Assembly (NCBI RefSeq): GCF_009834535.1
Contig: NC_045697.1
Span: 116,810,001 to 116,874,000 of the forward strand
Source: Camelus ferus
Lineage: Eukaryota
DNA: 64,000 nt
Direction: 5' to 3'
Shown here: one piece after another, positions 39,735 to 53,612 of the stretch
Layout: each line of letters begins with the position of its first letter
Position numbering within the stretch: position 1 is the stretch's first letter
Translations under genes and position numbers: made by a program
The notes under the pieces: generated by a model
What the model was told of the DNA's origin: nothing
Database searches by the model: none
Seen by the model: only the letters and a program-made list of their open reading frames with translations

Positions 39735-40228
39735 CTACCGCTTATCTACAGCTGCATAACAAATGATCCCCAATTACAGTGGCTTAGGGAGCGCTAGGCA
39801 CTCATTCTCTCAGTTTCTGTGGGCTGAGAATTCCGAAGCATCTAGGGTGGGGCTCTCCCTCAGAGTCTCTCCCAAAGCTGCAGCGAGACACTGGCTGTGG
39901 TTCCAGGCATCTGAAGGTGTGCAAGGGCCTAGGGGCTTACTCACGGAAAGAGCACCTTGGCCCCGGCTGCTGGCGGGAGACTTGAGTTTCTCTTCATGGG
40001 CCCCATCCTAGGACTGTGTGAGTGTTCTCATGACCCCATGTGACTCCCCCAGAGTGAGAAACCCAAGAGGTGGAGGCTCCATTGTCTTTTATGACCTGGC
40101 CTCTGAAGTCACACACCACGGCTTCTGCAGAATTCTCTTGGTTGCCCAGTTCCAGAAGGGACCGTGTCACAGCATGGATACTAGGCACTGAGGATCACCG
40201 GGGGCTGCCTTGGAGGCGGACTACCAGG
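39735..40228 (-). mobile_element. MaLR LTR (MLT1-like)
   Basis: gctgcataacaaat...agtggctta...cttttatgacctggcctctgaagtcacac...ggactacca. Confidence 0.75.
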
Positions 40229-40451
40229 GACAAGAAAGGAGAGAATTCCTAGGAGAGGGTCCTTGCATGAGCCAAGCAGGTGCAAAGCAGAAGAGGTGGC
40301 CTTGTTGGCTGCACAGAGAGGTCACGGACAGTGCACGTGGGTGCAGCTGCAGGGGGATGGGAGATAGGGCGCTGTGCATGTTCCCTTCTGATTTTCTCCT
40401 GCTGCTCCATGAGACAGAAAACCAGGTCACAGATGAAGAAGGAGGGCTGGG

Positions 40452-40786
40452 TTCCACATATAAGTGATATCACACTGCATTTGTCTTTCTCTTTCTGGCT
40501 TACTTCACTTAAGAGTGACGATCTCCAGGTCCATCCATGGGTGAAGGGGCTGGGAAGGGCTAAATTGGGAGTTCAAGACTAGCAGATACTAACTACCATA
40601 TATGCAGGAGATAAACAACAAGTTTCTTCTGTACAGCACAGGGAACTACGTTCAATATCTTGTAGTAACCTAGAATCAAAAAAATATGGAAATATATGTA
40701 TGTATATGTATGACTGAAACATTATGCTGTATGCCAGAAGCTGACACATTGTAAACTGACTATACTTCAAAAAAAAAAAAAAAAAG
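40452..40786 (+). mobile_element. Short 5'-inverted (twin-primed) LINE-1
   Basis: Minus segment at 40452-~40539, then plus-strand 3' UTR and A17 tail; degenerate TSD gaagaaggagggctggg (40435) / gaagaatgagaactggg (40787). Confidence 0.85.
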
Positions 40787-41233
40787 GAAGAATGAGAACT
40801 GGGGAGGAGGTTTTGGAAACTGATCAGTATTCCAAGCTTTTCAGTGTCTCTCAAGCAATACAGCAGTCACTGTCACAAAGCCTTGCTGGGTCACATTACT
40901 AAGGAGAAACAATCGTTTTTTGATCGCTGTTGTATTATAAGAGGCACAGGCTGGGTTTTGGTAAAGAGGGAGAACACCAATTTTTTTTTTTTGATTTTAT
41001 TTTAAAGACGGTGATTTTCTTCTTCTTTGGTTAAGAAATTTCTACGTTTATAGAATGGGAATTTTTAAGCTATAAATGTCCTTGGGTTTGCAGTTAGGTT
41101 ACTTTGTTACTTTTTCTTATGGAATGGGATAAAATACAATTAAGTATGCTTAAAGGAGACATTTAAGATATAAGATATGGTCTTTTCCTAGTCTAGCCAG
41201 CCTAGACCACCAGCTATTAGCCTGTAGAGCAGC

Positions 41234-41702
41234 TGCTGCCGAGTCCAAACTCATTCTGCTCGCCGCACGACAGGCCAATAAATTGGGAGACCAGGTGTTG
41301 GGGCAAGGAATGGTGACTTTATTCGGAAAGCCGGCAGACCGAGAGGATGGGGGACTAATGTCCTAGAGAACCATCTTCCTCAAGTCAGAATTCAGGCTCC
41401 TTTTATACTAAAAGGGGAGGGATGAAGTCCTGGTTCTGGCCAGACTCTCGAGGGGAGGTGCTAACTTCTTCCTTCCTGCAGCCATTCCCAGGTGAGCCTG
41501 GTCAGGATGGTTCCTGTGAGCTAAACAAAGGTATTTTAGCTAAACGCTCTTATCTGGGAGGCAGGGTTCCCAGAGATGGGCCATTATGTGTAATTTAACT
41601 TATAGGTGACATCATGTTTAGTGACTAACAAGCGATAGAGTACAAAGGTTAACATAACAGGAACAGATCCAGTGTGGGGTCAGATTCGTCCTTCCTGTTA
41701 CA
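41234..41702 (-). mobile_element. ERV1 solo LTR (MER41-like)
   Basis: TG...CA termini, 4-bp TSD cagc (41230-41233, 41703-41706), and TATAAAA and AATAAA on the minus strand; aligns with the LTR at 61770-62258. Confidence 0.88.
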
Positions 41703-42478
41703 CAGCCGAGGTGGGCTTGCCGACTCACTGCCACGTCGGGGGCCGCGCGTCAAAGAACCGTGGGGAGTTTCGCCAAAGAAAGGGAAAGAGAGTGAATTGG
41801 GGATTTTTGCAAGAGTAGAGTTCGGGTGTGTTTGGCTGGGATCCAAGCCAAGTAGGGCGGCGTGTGAAGGGGTCACCATCAGTGCTGGTCTGTGATGTGA
41901 ACCCACGGTTCTGTTTTCTTGGAAGCAAAGTTAAGACAGATGCCACAGTACGTGTCCAGGACCCGCTCCCTGGAGCTCTGCATGTGGATGTACGGCAGGG
42001 CTGCTTCGCTGTTTCACAGTGACTAAACTCCTCCAGACCAGGCCCGGGGATTTTGTTCTCCTGAAATAGTTTCAGACACAGGTGTTTCTGAGAGTCCGTG
42101 ATTTCAGACAATAAGATTTCTCAGTAGGAAATCAGTGGTCACTCCAAGAATTGGGCTGTCACGACATTTTATGGCAGCACTGCTATCTACTGTTTTCTGA
42201 TAAATTTTCTGATAAATTCACACCTGGATTTCCTGACAGCTGTGATTCGGGATTGATGAATGGTGAGGCAGGCAGTTAATTTCTCAGTCAAGCCAATTTT
42301 TACTTTTTCATTCTATATCATTATAAGCTACTACAGCTCAAAAAATGGATGCATAAGTCCCTGTCCCTTCCTGGCTAATCTTGGTCCAGACACTTAAAGA
42401 GTTTGTACCTCATATTTTTAATTTGTAACATAAGGAGGCTGAAAAATCCTCAGCAGTCTGTGTATATTGTTAGACCTC

Positions 42479-43212
42479 TTTTATTACTCATTTATCATTG
42501 ATGTAGAGTTGATTTACAGTGTTGTGTTAGTTTCTGGTGTGCAGGACAGAGGTTCAGTTATACGTGCATATGACCTTTTTCATTACGTGTTGTTATAAAG
42601 TATTGAATATAGATCCCCGTGCTGTACATTAGGACCTTGTTTATTTTATATATAGTAGTGTGTATCTATTAATCCCAAACTCCTAATTTATCTGCCCCCT
42701 TTCCCTTTTGGTAACCGCAAGTTTGTTTTCTAGGTCTGTGAGTCTGTTTCTGTTTGGTACATAAATTCCTTTGTACTATTTTTTTTTAGATTCTACATAT
42801 AAGTGATATCATATGATATTTGTCCTTCTCTGTTTGACTTACTTCACTTAGAATGATGATCTCCAGCTCCATCCGTGTTGCTGCAAATGGCATTATTTTA
42901 TTCTTTCTTATGGCTGAGTTGTGTTCCATGGTATAAATATACCACAACTTCTTTATCCAGTCATCTGGATATTTAGATTACGTCCACGTCTTGGGTATTG
43001 TGAATAGAGCTACTGTAACATTGGGGTGTGTCTTTTTGAATTAAAGTTCCCTCTTTATATATGCCCAGGAATGGGATGGCTGGCTTATAGGGTAAATCTG
43101 TTTTTAGTTTTTATGGAGTCTCCATACCATTTTCCACAGTGGCTGTACCAATCTACACTCCCACCAACAATGCTGGGGGGTCCTTTTCTCCACACCCTCT
43201 CCTGCATTTATC
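42479..43212 (-). mobile_element. 5'-truncated LINE-1 3' end
   Basis: Homologous to the L1 at 3977-4877. Confidence 0.85.
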
Positions 43213-43660
43213 ACAATGCCTCCTGCCGTGTGTTTACAAGACCTCAGCATCCGAGTGTCCTGCAATTATGTTTGCCAGTCTCTGAAGGGAGTTCTCCGGG
43301 TGCTCACGGTCCCCATGGGACATCGTCACAGTCTTCTTTCCTTGCCCCAGTGTCCCCAGGCTAACACTGCCACCATTCAGGTTGTCTGAAGAAGGCCTCC
43401 CGTCGCTGTGACCGATAGCGGCACTAGCCCCGAGTTTCCGTGGCTGCAGCTCTCTGAGGCGCGGAGCCCGGTGGGGTCCAGAAGAAGCTCGGAGGACTCT
43501 CTCCTCACTGTGTGCCCTCTGGGTCCTGAAGGGGTTCTGCTCATGTTCAACCTTCCAGCAAAGCTGCTTCTGCCCCTGTGCCTCGTCACCTGCACGCAAT
43601 CCTCAAAACAAAACAAGCCAACAACCAAAACCAAAACCAAAACAAAGAAACACATCAATC

Positions 43661-43684
43661 AATAATAATGTGATAATGATAATA

Positions 43685-43728
<44 letters not shown>
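43661..43728. repeat. (AAT)n microsatellite
   Basis: 14 perfect units at 43685-43726 plus a degenerate lead-in. Confidence 0.95.
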
Positions 43729-43730
<2 letters not shown>

Positions 43731-44339
43731 GGCAGTCAGTCTTCTTAGAGATCGAGCTCATGATTCTACCATACATGGTGACTGATCAGACCACGACACC
43801 GAACTTCAGCCTACAGGTCACTGCAATTTTGTCAGAAACAGAGGACTTGCCTTAAATGCATATTGATTTTCTAAAAACAAGATGACAATGTGTCCAGATC
43901 ATTTTAACTCTCCACCTTTAGAGACCAAAACCTTCTCCTAGTGCCATATTTAATTGAAACTTTTTACTCGATTTTACTCATCAAAAATGTGAAATCGCTT
44001 GAGTCCAGTCTTAGCCGGGATCTTGGTTGTGCTGAGTCATCTTTCACCTGCCCGCCAGCGAACCTACATAGCCTCTCAGCTTGCTTGTTGGCACGACCGA
44101 CCACGTGATGGTTCTTCAACAGTGTCTCCGGCCAAGGGGGTCACAGGGTGAGAGGGATGCCATGTGACACTGGGAGTGGAAGGACAGAGGGGCAAGGTCA
44201 CGGAGGTGCTGATGTGCTGAGCCTGTGGCTGTTGAGAGCTGGCAGGGGTCCTCAGTGGGTGCAGAGAGAAGTGAGGAGGGAAGTCACTAGTGGGGCTTTA
44301 AAGGGAAGCCTTCAGGGTGGTGCATGATACCACGAATGA

Positions 44340-44560
44340 CAACTAACAATTACTGAGTGTTTATTCTAGGCAGGGACTGCGGGAAGACCCTTATCTGCAT
44401 TATCATGTTCAATTCTTAGAACAACGCGGAAAGTTACATACTATTATTATTTCAGTTTTATGGATGAGAACGCAGAGCAGGGTTCACAGAGTGTCCCTCT
44501 CTGATTCACGCAGCTCATCGGTGGTAGTGCTAGTTCTCAAGCCAAAATCTCACTGATTTC
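44340..44560 (-). mobile_element. MIR
   Basis: ttactgagtgtttattct...ctattattatttcagttttatggatgagaa. Confidence 0.6.
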
Positions 44561-45029
44561 ACTGTTTGGGTTATTAATTCTTAACGCGCCTTCCAAAACA
44601 TTATGAGATCTGTGCCTCATTCTGACCTCTTCGATAGACCTGAAATGTGCATCCAAGTATCTGAAGCAGGTAAAAAAACTGTAAAATATCTATACACCTT
44701 GATGTGTGTGTACAAATATTCTCTAAGCCTGCTCTGTCCACTGCCAACTAGCTGTGGCTCTGCTTGTCTTCTTTCTGACTTCTGAATCCTCCTAATCTGA
44801 CTCTGTTCCCATTTATCTTTATACTTTCAGGTGGATGTCTCATTTTCAAAGTTAACATGGATTTCTCCCTCTAGGATCTCAGCTGGGTGTCATTCAGTTT
44901 TGAGGACCAAAACCAATAGAAAGAGACAGTTTTCCATTTGCACGTGATCACAAGAAGAAGACCAGATATGTTTGAAAGGAACTGTCAACACTAAGCTATG
45001 GATCTGATATGGGAAGTTTATTAATGAAA

Positions 45030-45690
45030 ATGTATAGTGACTCTAGTAATCCCACGTCTGGGAATACATCCAAAGGAAATGGAATCAGTATCTCAAAGAG
45101 AGGTCCGCACCCCCACATTCACTGAAGCAAAGCCAAGAGAGGGACACAACCTAAGTGTCTGTCGACAGATGAATAAAAGAAATGTGACACAGAATGGAAT
45201 GTTACTATATATAGATTATGACAGAATATTATTAATCCATAAAAAAGAAGGAATTCTTGCAGCTCGAGACAACATGGAGGAACCTGGGGAACATTATGCA
45301 AAGTGGGGAGTGGCACGTTGTCACTTACACGTGGAATCCAAAACAGTCTAAATCATAGAAGCAGAGAGTAGAATGGTGGTTGCTGGGGGCCGGGGGTGGG
45401 AGACATGAGGAGACAGTGCTGGTTAAGGGTACAAACTTTCAGTTGTAAGTTCTGGGGATCTAATGTAAGGTGTCAGGGTGACCCTTAATAATATTGTATA
45501 CTTGAAATTTGCTGAACAAGTAGATCTTAATCATTCTCATCCCACACAGAGAGGTAACTGTGTGAGGTGATGGATGAGTTAATTAGCTTGGTTGTAGAAA
45601 TCATTCCACAATGGATATGTACATCAACTTGTCACACTGTACACTTTAAATATGTACAATTTCATTTATACCTCAATGAAGCTGCAAAAG
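45030..45690 (+). mobile_element. Old L1MA-type 3' end
   Basis: atccaaaggaaatggaatcagtatctcaaagag...gggtacaaactttcagtt...tatacctcaatgaagctg. Confidence 0.8.
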
Positions 45691-47306
45691 TGATAGTGAA
45701 ACTTTAATCCAATTAGGGTCCAAAACTTGACACAGGCAACAACTCCAGTATCAGGAGAGCACGGAGTTGCTTTAGTTTTGTCTGTAGTTGATTTGGCCTT
45801 TCTTCCCACCTGCTCGTGAGAAGGAAAAACATTAGCTTTGAGTTAAAGCTTAGTGTGGTCTGCTCATTTACACAGAAGCTTGATCGAATGCTCAGTTTCT
45901 CTTAAAACTAAAACAGCATAGACAGTGTCCAGTTTATCAAATATTCACCCAGTCCCCTGCTGATCTCCCCTCAAGGGGTGTCCCTGTGCCTGGGAGAAGG
46001 GCTGTGGCTTATGAGACATTATGAACACGTGGAATCAGAGTCCTAAGATGCCATCTCTTATGTATCCTCTAGTTTCCAGGACAGCGTCCCACTTAACCTC
46101 CATCTCTCCTGCTGATAAACACGGCTCAAGAGGAACTCCTGCCTGGTGCTCCCATCACGTGGGGGAAACTGCCCAAATCACCGATGCCAGCCGCATGGCT
46201 AAATCCAGTGGCTAATTCTTTGTCGTTATTTCTGTGACCCTGTATTAGCACCTGTCATCGTGATTTCCCCGTCACTTTGGCGTTTGTCCTTGACGTGGCT
46301 TCCAGACCGTCACATCCTTCTGGTTCTCCAGCTGCACTCTGAAGGCTTCTTCAGTCGGCTTGGATGGCTCCTCACTGCATCACCGGCCCCTCAGTGCTGG
46401 AGTGCCCCATTGCTCTTCTGAAATCCAGCCCCACGTGCCTCATAGCTTGCTTGACTTCTCTGTGTAAGTGTCCGGGAGAAAACGCAAACTCACCCCAGCT
46501 TGTCATCTTCCTGCTCCTGGTCAATGGCAGCCCCATCTTTCAAGCTGCTCAGACCAAAAATCTTGGGGTCCTGAGGCTCTGCTAGCTCATGACCTTGTCT
46601 CCTGCCCAACAGGGGAGAAACAGTTCAGGATTTTTTGCTCTTAAGGTCTTGCCTCCTTGTGCTTCACAGGCCTCTCTCCACTCTTACTTCACAGTGTCCT
46701 CTCTCCTGTAGCACATTGCCATTTTAAAGTGCACAGAATTGTGTTGGAAACCAGAGTCCTAGGTAATCTTGGGGTGAAATCACAGTGTTCAGTTTAAATT
46801 TGAAGTGTAGTCTGAGATGACCTGTTTCATCAGCATCAATTGCACGCCTGAATTGTCTCTGCCGACTTGAATAATAACGCTAACTGTCCACATTTCCTTG
46901 GTCTCTTATTGGTCCTCCATGGCGCCTCCGATTCAACATATTTAAAACATTATCCTCTCAGTAAGAAACACCTACGGCTATGCCGCCCTTCTTCTGGGAA
47001 TAGTACTTCTATTGTTCTTGGAATTAATCCTCTCCCTCCTCTAACTTTGTGGTTTCCATGAGCATGGCTGTTTTTCTTACATGAGTTTGCCCCACTGGCC
47101 TCATTTATTGGTTCAGGGGTATCTTCTAGGTCAAGTCAAGCCAACAATAGGATTTCAAAACCCTCGGTACAATCCCTTGATTTATTACATGACACAGGGT
47201 GAGTCAATGAGAATCCTTCCTTAGAGGTTTTGAACTTGGAAGTACAGAGCATAAAAGGCAGAGAGTAAAACTGCCTTTTAATCTCTGAATTTCCAGATTC
47301 AAATAT

Positions 47307-47431
<125 letters not shown>

Positions 47432-50400
47432 CTGGTTCAAGAATAGATACAGAGCCAAGTTCAAAAATAGGGGTAGAACTTATGAAAAGGCAACCCAGGG
47501 AGCTGGGCGGTAGCCACCTTGCCAACGATGCAGAAGAAAATGGTCTGGAAACCAGCATCCAGAGAGAGGCACAGGTGAAGGGTAAAAGACTGGATTCTGG
47601 TGACAGCCCAGTCCCCAGATTGAGTTTTTTCTGAGACTCTAGCCTTTCAGCAGGTATTCATGGAAACTCTTATGCTGTGTATTACAGAGGTGCATTGCTA
47701 ACCAGCCTAAGGGAGGAAAAAGGAATTTGTTTCCTTCTATGGCTGGGAAGGGTATTGAAATAGCTAATGTGATCAAAGAAATAATTGCATTAACCAGGCT
47801 TCTACCTATGCCTGGACCTGCTTGTCTCAGCTTTTGAGTTGGTCTCAACTGAACTTCATGCAATTAGCCTTTTCCGAGGTTGCCAAGGAAGAGGGTTGCT
47901 TGTTGCTACAGTTATTCATCCTTCTAAACGTTGCCCCAAAGACAAAAGCCCTAGAAGAGTCTCTGCTGGCTTTAATAGAAGAGTCTCATGAAGTCCCCAG
48001 ATCGGCAAGCTCAGGTCTGTGACCTCTTGTGAGCTGATCACTCTGGCTGGAGCGTGGGGCTCTCTGATTGGCCAGTCTTAGCTCAGTCACTGCTTCTCCG
48101 TCTGTGCGTAGGTCAGACATGGCCATACTCAAAACCTGGACACTGTTATTAGAGGGGATATGAAGATGCATTCTGAGCAGACGATGCTGTAGCTACCACA
48201 GCTGCATCATCTCTACTGGGACCACCCTGTGTCAAGCCTCCATCATCTCAATTGGAATTATTCTGATGGTCCGAAGATGGTTTTCCTGCTCTAACCCCCC
48301 TACCCCCGCCCTCTCAGTCTGTCCCTAAAACAACCAGAGTGATCCTTTTCGATCCTTTGTAGACTGTGTCCACTGAAAATGCTGCCGTGGCTCCGTATTT
48401 CCCTGGAGTCAAAGCCAACGTCTTTCCAATGGCCCTGGCTTTGCTCTGAGCTCTCCTGCAATATGACCTTCCCTCTCTCAATCCTGTCTGGCCATCCTAG
48501 CCATCCTGTAACGGAGTGGTGGCAGGGGGCATAGTAGGATGGTTAGGACAAAAAAGTGGGTGAAAGGGCAAGTAGGACACAGGGAATGCAGTGGGGGCAG
48601 CCCAAAAGGTGGGGTTTAAATAGCGCAGAGCAAGAAGGTAAGAGGTGGAGTAGAAGCAGGTCAGGAATTCTGTCCCAACCAAGTCAAGTAAGAACATGAT
48701 CCGGACCCAGCCACTTGGAAAGGAGCCCAGGATGAAGAAGGCAAGAAAACAGCCCCATCAGTATCTTCAGAGAAACTGGCAACCGCGAATGCCCCTGAGT
48801 CCCGGGTAGACATGGGCCAAGTGTGGTCTGGCTTCGTTGTGGAAGTATTCGGTGTCAGGAAGCCTGAGCATGTCTTGACAAAATATTTCCAAATCTGGTG
48901 GTATGCAGCACACACTCCATTAATAATATTGACCTGCTTTTCTCCTAGAGAAGTGTTGGGAACCGAATGTTCCTTGGGAGCAGCTGGGATGGGTCTAGGA
49001 TGAGGGTGAGGGTTAGCGTACCAAAGAACCAAGGCGTGTGGGAGACTCAGCCTTGATCCAGCTCATGGATAATCTTCCTTTTTCTGCAGGGACAGAGAAG
49101 ACATAGACCAAAAGCAAATATGCCAAGTGCCATCTTTAAGATATCATCTTGATACACTCAGGATTATCACCGCAATGAGCAGAGACTGCAAAACAAAACG
49201 AATATAAAAACGGGTCTTTTGCTTGTTCAGTATAAAAACATTGCACTTGGGAAAAGATGCTGCAACAAAATCTCCTGGGATTTCACAGCAAAATCAGGGT
49301 GGGAGACGGACCCAGCCTCATGGTGTGCCTTTTCTCTTTTTCTGGTGCTGATCTCAGCCTGCTGACTCTGTTCCAGTCTGCACATGTTCCTTCTTGCTTT
49401 GTTTCTCATCCAGGAGCTTTTGTTAGCTGCCTGCATCTGAGATTCAATACCCCGTATGATTACTTGGCTGTGGCTTGTCTAGTGGCCACTTGCGTTGCTG
49501 AGATCCCTGTGCTTGAGGTACCTGTCGGTGCAGGAGGCTCCGCTATTGTTATCTTTCCCCTGCTGCCCCTTTGTCATCTGCATCCTGGTTTCTTCCAGAT
49601 CAGGCCCTTGGGTGAACCCGGTTATCCTCGGAGATGCACCCACGGAGACACAGACTCCGTGCAGACATCTCACGACAGGATAGAAGACTCCAACAGAGCA
49701 CATCCAGCTACCACATAAAAGATTCTGCAGCGCCGACAAGGTTAAAGCTTGGGTGTATGCTATGAGAATTTGTTCCAGCTGAGAGTTTAGGACCTGGCAC
49801 TCGATCATTTCTACTCGTACAGAGTTGATCCTGTCGGTTCGCATGGAGTTCCATCCCCCAGCTGCTGAGAATATAGACACTGAAGCTTAGAACTACAGCT
49901 CTGTCCAGAGAGTCCCCTTGGGTTAACAGGGTGCTTGCTCCTCCCCTCCTCCAGCAGACCACCTGGATTAGAGTTCAACTCTCACTTTTGGCGTAGGTGG
50001 AGCTGGGGTTGGGGTGGGGGGGAATGCTTCCCCTGGGAAATCACTGTATGTGGTTCTCAGAGAAAGGTTATAAGCCTGTGACTTTGTGCTGAGTGACTGG
50101 TGTCAATCAAAATAATCCTTCCTCTCACCTTTAAATACAGTCTCCCTGGAGACTTGCAATTTTTTGTCCATTCAAGCATTAAAAGCTTTCTCTCACTCTG
50201 ATTATTGGGGAATGACTTCCAGATGAGAGCTCTGACACATCTTCTCGGACAAGCTGTCAAACCCGTACTCCGTCAAGTGTGTCTGAGCCCAGGAATGACT
50301 TGCATCTTTTGGAGGTAACAGATCTTCAGACTTAGAGAACAGGGGTAGGAGGCAGTGTGTTGGCCCCTCTCATCAAGCTGCAGGGATGTGAAGCTCTCCA

Positions 50401-52554
50401 GAGAGGAATTGGATTCTGTTGCCATGGCAACTGCTTCACTGCTCCAGGAGAAAACAGCACAGCAATTGAAGTCTGGGTTAATAGCAGCTCTAAAAATAAC
50501 CAGTTATGTGTCGAAATCAAGTGAAAGACCCAGAAAGCATAGGTAAAAATTACAACTGCACAGGGCGGGACTGAAAATAAGGTATTGTGCAGACGTTATT
50601 ACAACTACAATATGCTTTAGAGATAACAGGAATGGTTGGTGGCAAATATATTTTTGAGGGGAATCAATTATTACTTAATTTGCTCGTTCATTTGGGCGAC
50701 TGTTGAGCCCTGATTGTGTCCCAGCCACGAGGCAGGACCTGACGATACAGGCGTTTATCAGCTGTCTGTCTTACCTCGTGGTTCCGTGGGGGTAGTGGAA
50801 AAAAGTCTACCCTGGCTATAATGGATGTTTTGTTTGTCCACCGCACACCATTCTAACTGTTTCCCAGTTAGCAGCTGAGAGATTAAGGATTGGTATGGAA
50901 TAGTCCCCAGCCCCAGGGACAATTCAGAAGCATTTACCTATGGTTTTTGGTTCAGCCACGAGCAGGTAACCAAGGGGCGAACTGGTGTCACCTTCTTTTC
51001 TCTGCAGTGATTGGCTTCTGCCTGAAGCTCAGAAAACTCAGTTGGTGCTTGTGAGATGCTTGTAGTGTTTTGGACCTAGACGTGAAAGTCTGTTGCTTCA
51101 GGAAGCCACCCGGAGCTCAGGAGGAAAGCCAGCCTGAGGAGGAAGTCAGCGTGGACAAGGCCACACACTGGAGGATGACAGAGCAATGCCACCAGGCGCG
51201 CCTGAGCTGCCCCAGACCTACTCCATGCTTGGCTGTTCCAGGCCTACTTGCTAGTATGGTTTCTTCTTGGGATGCTGGAACTGAGTTTGTAGGTCTTCTG
51301 CTGCTGGAAAACAACAACATCAAAAGCACCCAAGTGATTACAAATGACGTACCATGGAGTGAGTCAAAATTTGGAAATAAACAGAGGGAATGACGGATGG
51401 ACAGAGGAAGAATAAATCAGGGAGGGAGAGGAGGTTGCAACTAAGTCCATCTTGGAGAAAGGTGTGCAGGAAGGATCAAAAGCATCCTCTCTCGTGATGC
51501 AGAGAATTCAGTGTTCTGTCGGCACAACTCCTGACTGTCGGGCTCTCCAGGATTGCTGGAGAAACAGACCTCCCTTAACCCAGGCTCTGTGCCCAGGAGG
51601 ACACTTCACCAACCTAAAGACATTGAGCCCAGGTGCCTGTGACTCACACTACCCTTTGGCAGCCCCAGTGGCACATCAGTTCCCCGGACGCAGGTCGCCC
51701 TCCAAAGCCCTGTGGTGTTTCTGGGCTGTGGGTGAGGGAGGGGCAGCAGCACTCTGTGCTTTTCCCTGACCTCCAGCTCACAGCCCTTGGTGGACTGCAT
51801 CCAGCCTCTGGCCCTTATCTCTGACCCCAACGGTGGATGCTGCTTCCTACTCTACCTCAGAATTGCTTTGCATGGCCCCAGCCCCAAAGTCGGCCAGCAG
51901 TGTGAGGGAAACCAGAATGCAGATTGGGGGCACCCTCTCTGGGTTCCTCTCTCCCCAAACCCCAGCTCCTTTGGCATCCCTGACTCCACATCTGTCTCAG
52001 CCTGGGAGACCGCTGCCACTTTCTTGGTCACTTGTCACCCTGGACACAATTCAGAAGATGCCCACAGGAGAATTCCGAAGTGTCTGTGGGGTACCCCTGG
52101 TGTGCTTCCCTTTCTTAAGAATTCCAGCTGCTCCATGGTACTTGGGCTGGCTCTCCAAGGCCTTCAAAATATGGCTTCCAGGTTGTTCCAACTTTTAAAG
52201 TTATTTTTGGTGGAAGATGTCATTTACTGTAAGCTACACTGTTGGATCTGGGGCTTAAAACTGCTGAATTTTATCGCTGAATTTTAATTTCAACAATGTC
52301 TTTTTATCCTTTCTAAATATTACTTTAAAATTTCTATTCAATGTGTGCTCAATCATTTTTAATCCCTTCTCACCCTCACTTTGTTGCCTTTTGAACATTA
52401 TAGATATAGTAGACAGTAATTTTATATCTGGATTCTAATTCTAAAATTTCTCTGTCTCTTTTTCTTTTTTTCTTTTCAATATTGGTGATTTCTTATATTC
52501 ACCTCATATAAACTGATATCCATTTGTAGAAAATTTAAATTTGAAAATTGTTTC

Positions 52555-52637
52555 TTTTTTTAAATTGAAGTAGAGTTGATTTCCAATGCTGTGTTAGTTT
52601 CAAGTATTCAAAAAAGTGAATCATTTATACATATATA

Positions 52638-52672
<35 letters not shown>

Positions 52673-52885
52673 GTATATATTCTTTTTCAGATTCTTTTCC
52701 ATTATAGGTTATTACAAGATACTGAATACAGTTCTCTGTATTATACAATACAGAGAGCCTTTGTTGTTTATCTTTTTTTTTTTTTTAATGGAGATACTGG
52801 GGATTGAACCCAGATCTCATGCTTGCTAAGCGTGTGCTCTATCACTGAGCTACACCCCCAAGTTTGTTTTCTAAATCTGTGAGTC
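52555..52885 (-). mobile_element. LINE-1 3' end interrupted by a Vic-1-type SINE (52773-52859)
   Basis: L1 3' UTR motifs with an internal (TG)n; SINE ggattgaaccc...ctgagctac. Confidence 0.82.
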
Positions 52886-52935
52886 TAGCCTCATAATGGC
52901 TACCATAGCTTAATGTTAAATTCTCTTTAAAAAGA

Positions 52936-53073
52936 TTTTTTTTTAATTTTTAAATTTTTTCAGGGGGGAGACGTAATTAGATTTATTTGTTTGTTTTTAG
53001 TGGAGATACTGGGGGTTGAACCAGGGACCTCGTGCATGCTAAGCAAGTGCTCTACCACTGAGCTACACTCCCC
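52936..53073 (-). mobile_element. Vic-1-type SINE
   Basis: T-rich tail, taattagatttattt, gggttgaacc...ccactgagctac. Confidence 0.88.
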
Positions 53074-53612
53074 AAATCTGTTTTCTGAATCTGTGAGTCT
53101 GGCCTCATGGCGGCTACCATAGCCTAATTTTAAATATCAAAGACAAAAATGTCCAAAGATTTGAATCCGAAGTAGCAAGCAGAATGTACCCCGATTATCT
53201 TTTTTTTAAGTTTACGGGTTCATTTTAAAGAATATTAATGAATAGCCCCTAATTATCTTTTAAGCCCTCTGTTAAGTATAGAAGGAGAGGGTGAAACAGA
53301 TTCTGGACGGTTTGCTATAGGTGTGAGTCAGTAAGACTATTTTCAGGCTATTTCCTGACCCCGAAATCAAGCGTCCATGGATGTTTTATCCACCGGTGTT
53401 TTCTTATAGTCTCTGTAGAGAATGCCCAGCCATCAGCAACATCTTTGCGAGAACAAGAGCAAGTCTAGGAACCATCACTTCCTGCTGGGTATCAGGCACC
53501 GTGCTGAGTGCTTTACACGCACACGGTGTGTAATTCCTCCAACAACCCTTGAACTAGATGTAACAATCTCAGGTTTTCAGATGAGGAAACTGAGCAAAAT
53601 GAAATTTACTGG

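Noticed and set aside
43670..43855. Poly-Asn ORF (and the SL/YI-repeat ORFs at 47136-47558)
   Set aside because: Translations of microsatellites.
48497..49962. Cluster of 60-153 aa ORFs with a TATA-like tttaaata and donor AG|gtaaga as a possible gene or pseudogene
   Set aside because: No recognisable homology or coherent exon chain; a lncRNA cannot be excluded without RNA data.
50006..50022. G-quadruplex candidate ggggttggggtggggggg
   Set aside because: Only three clear G-runs and no functional context.
51452..52287. 105-166 aa ORFs
   Set aside because: Non-ATG or weak starts, no homology or splice pattern; consistent with chance ORFs in GC-richer DNA.
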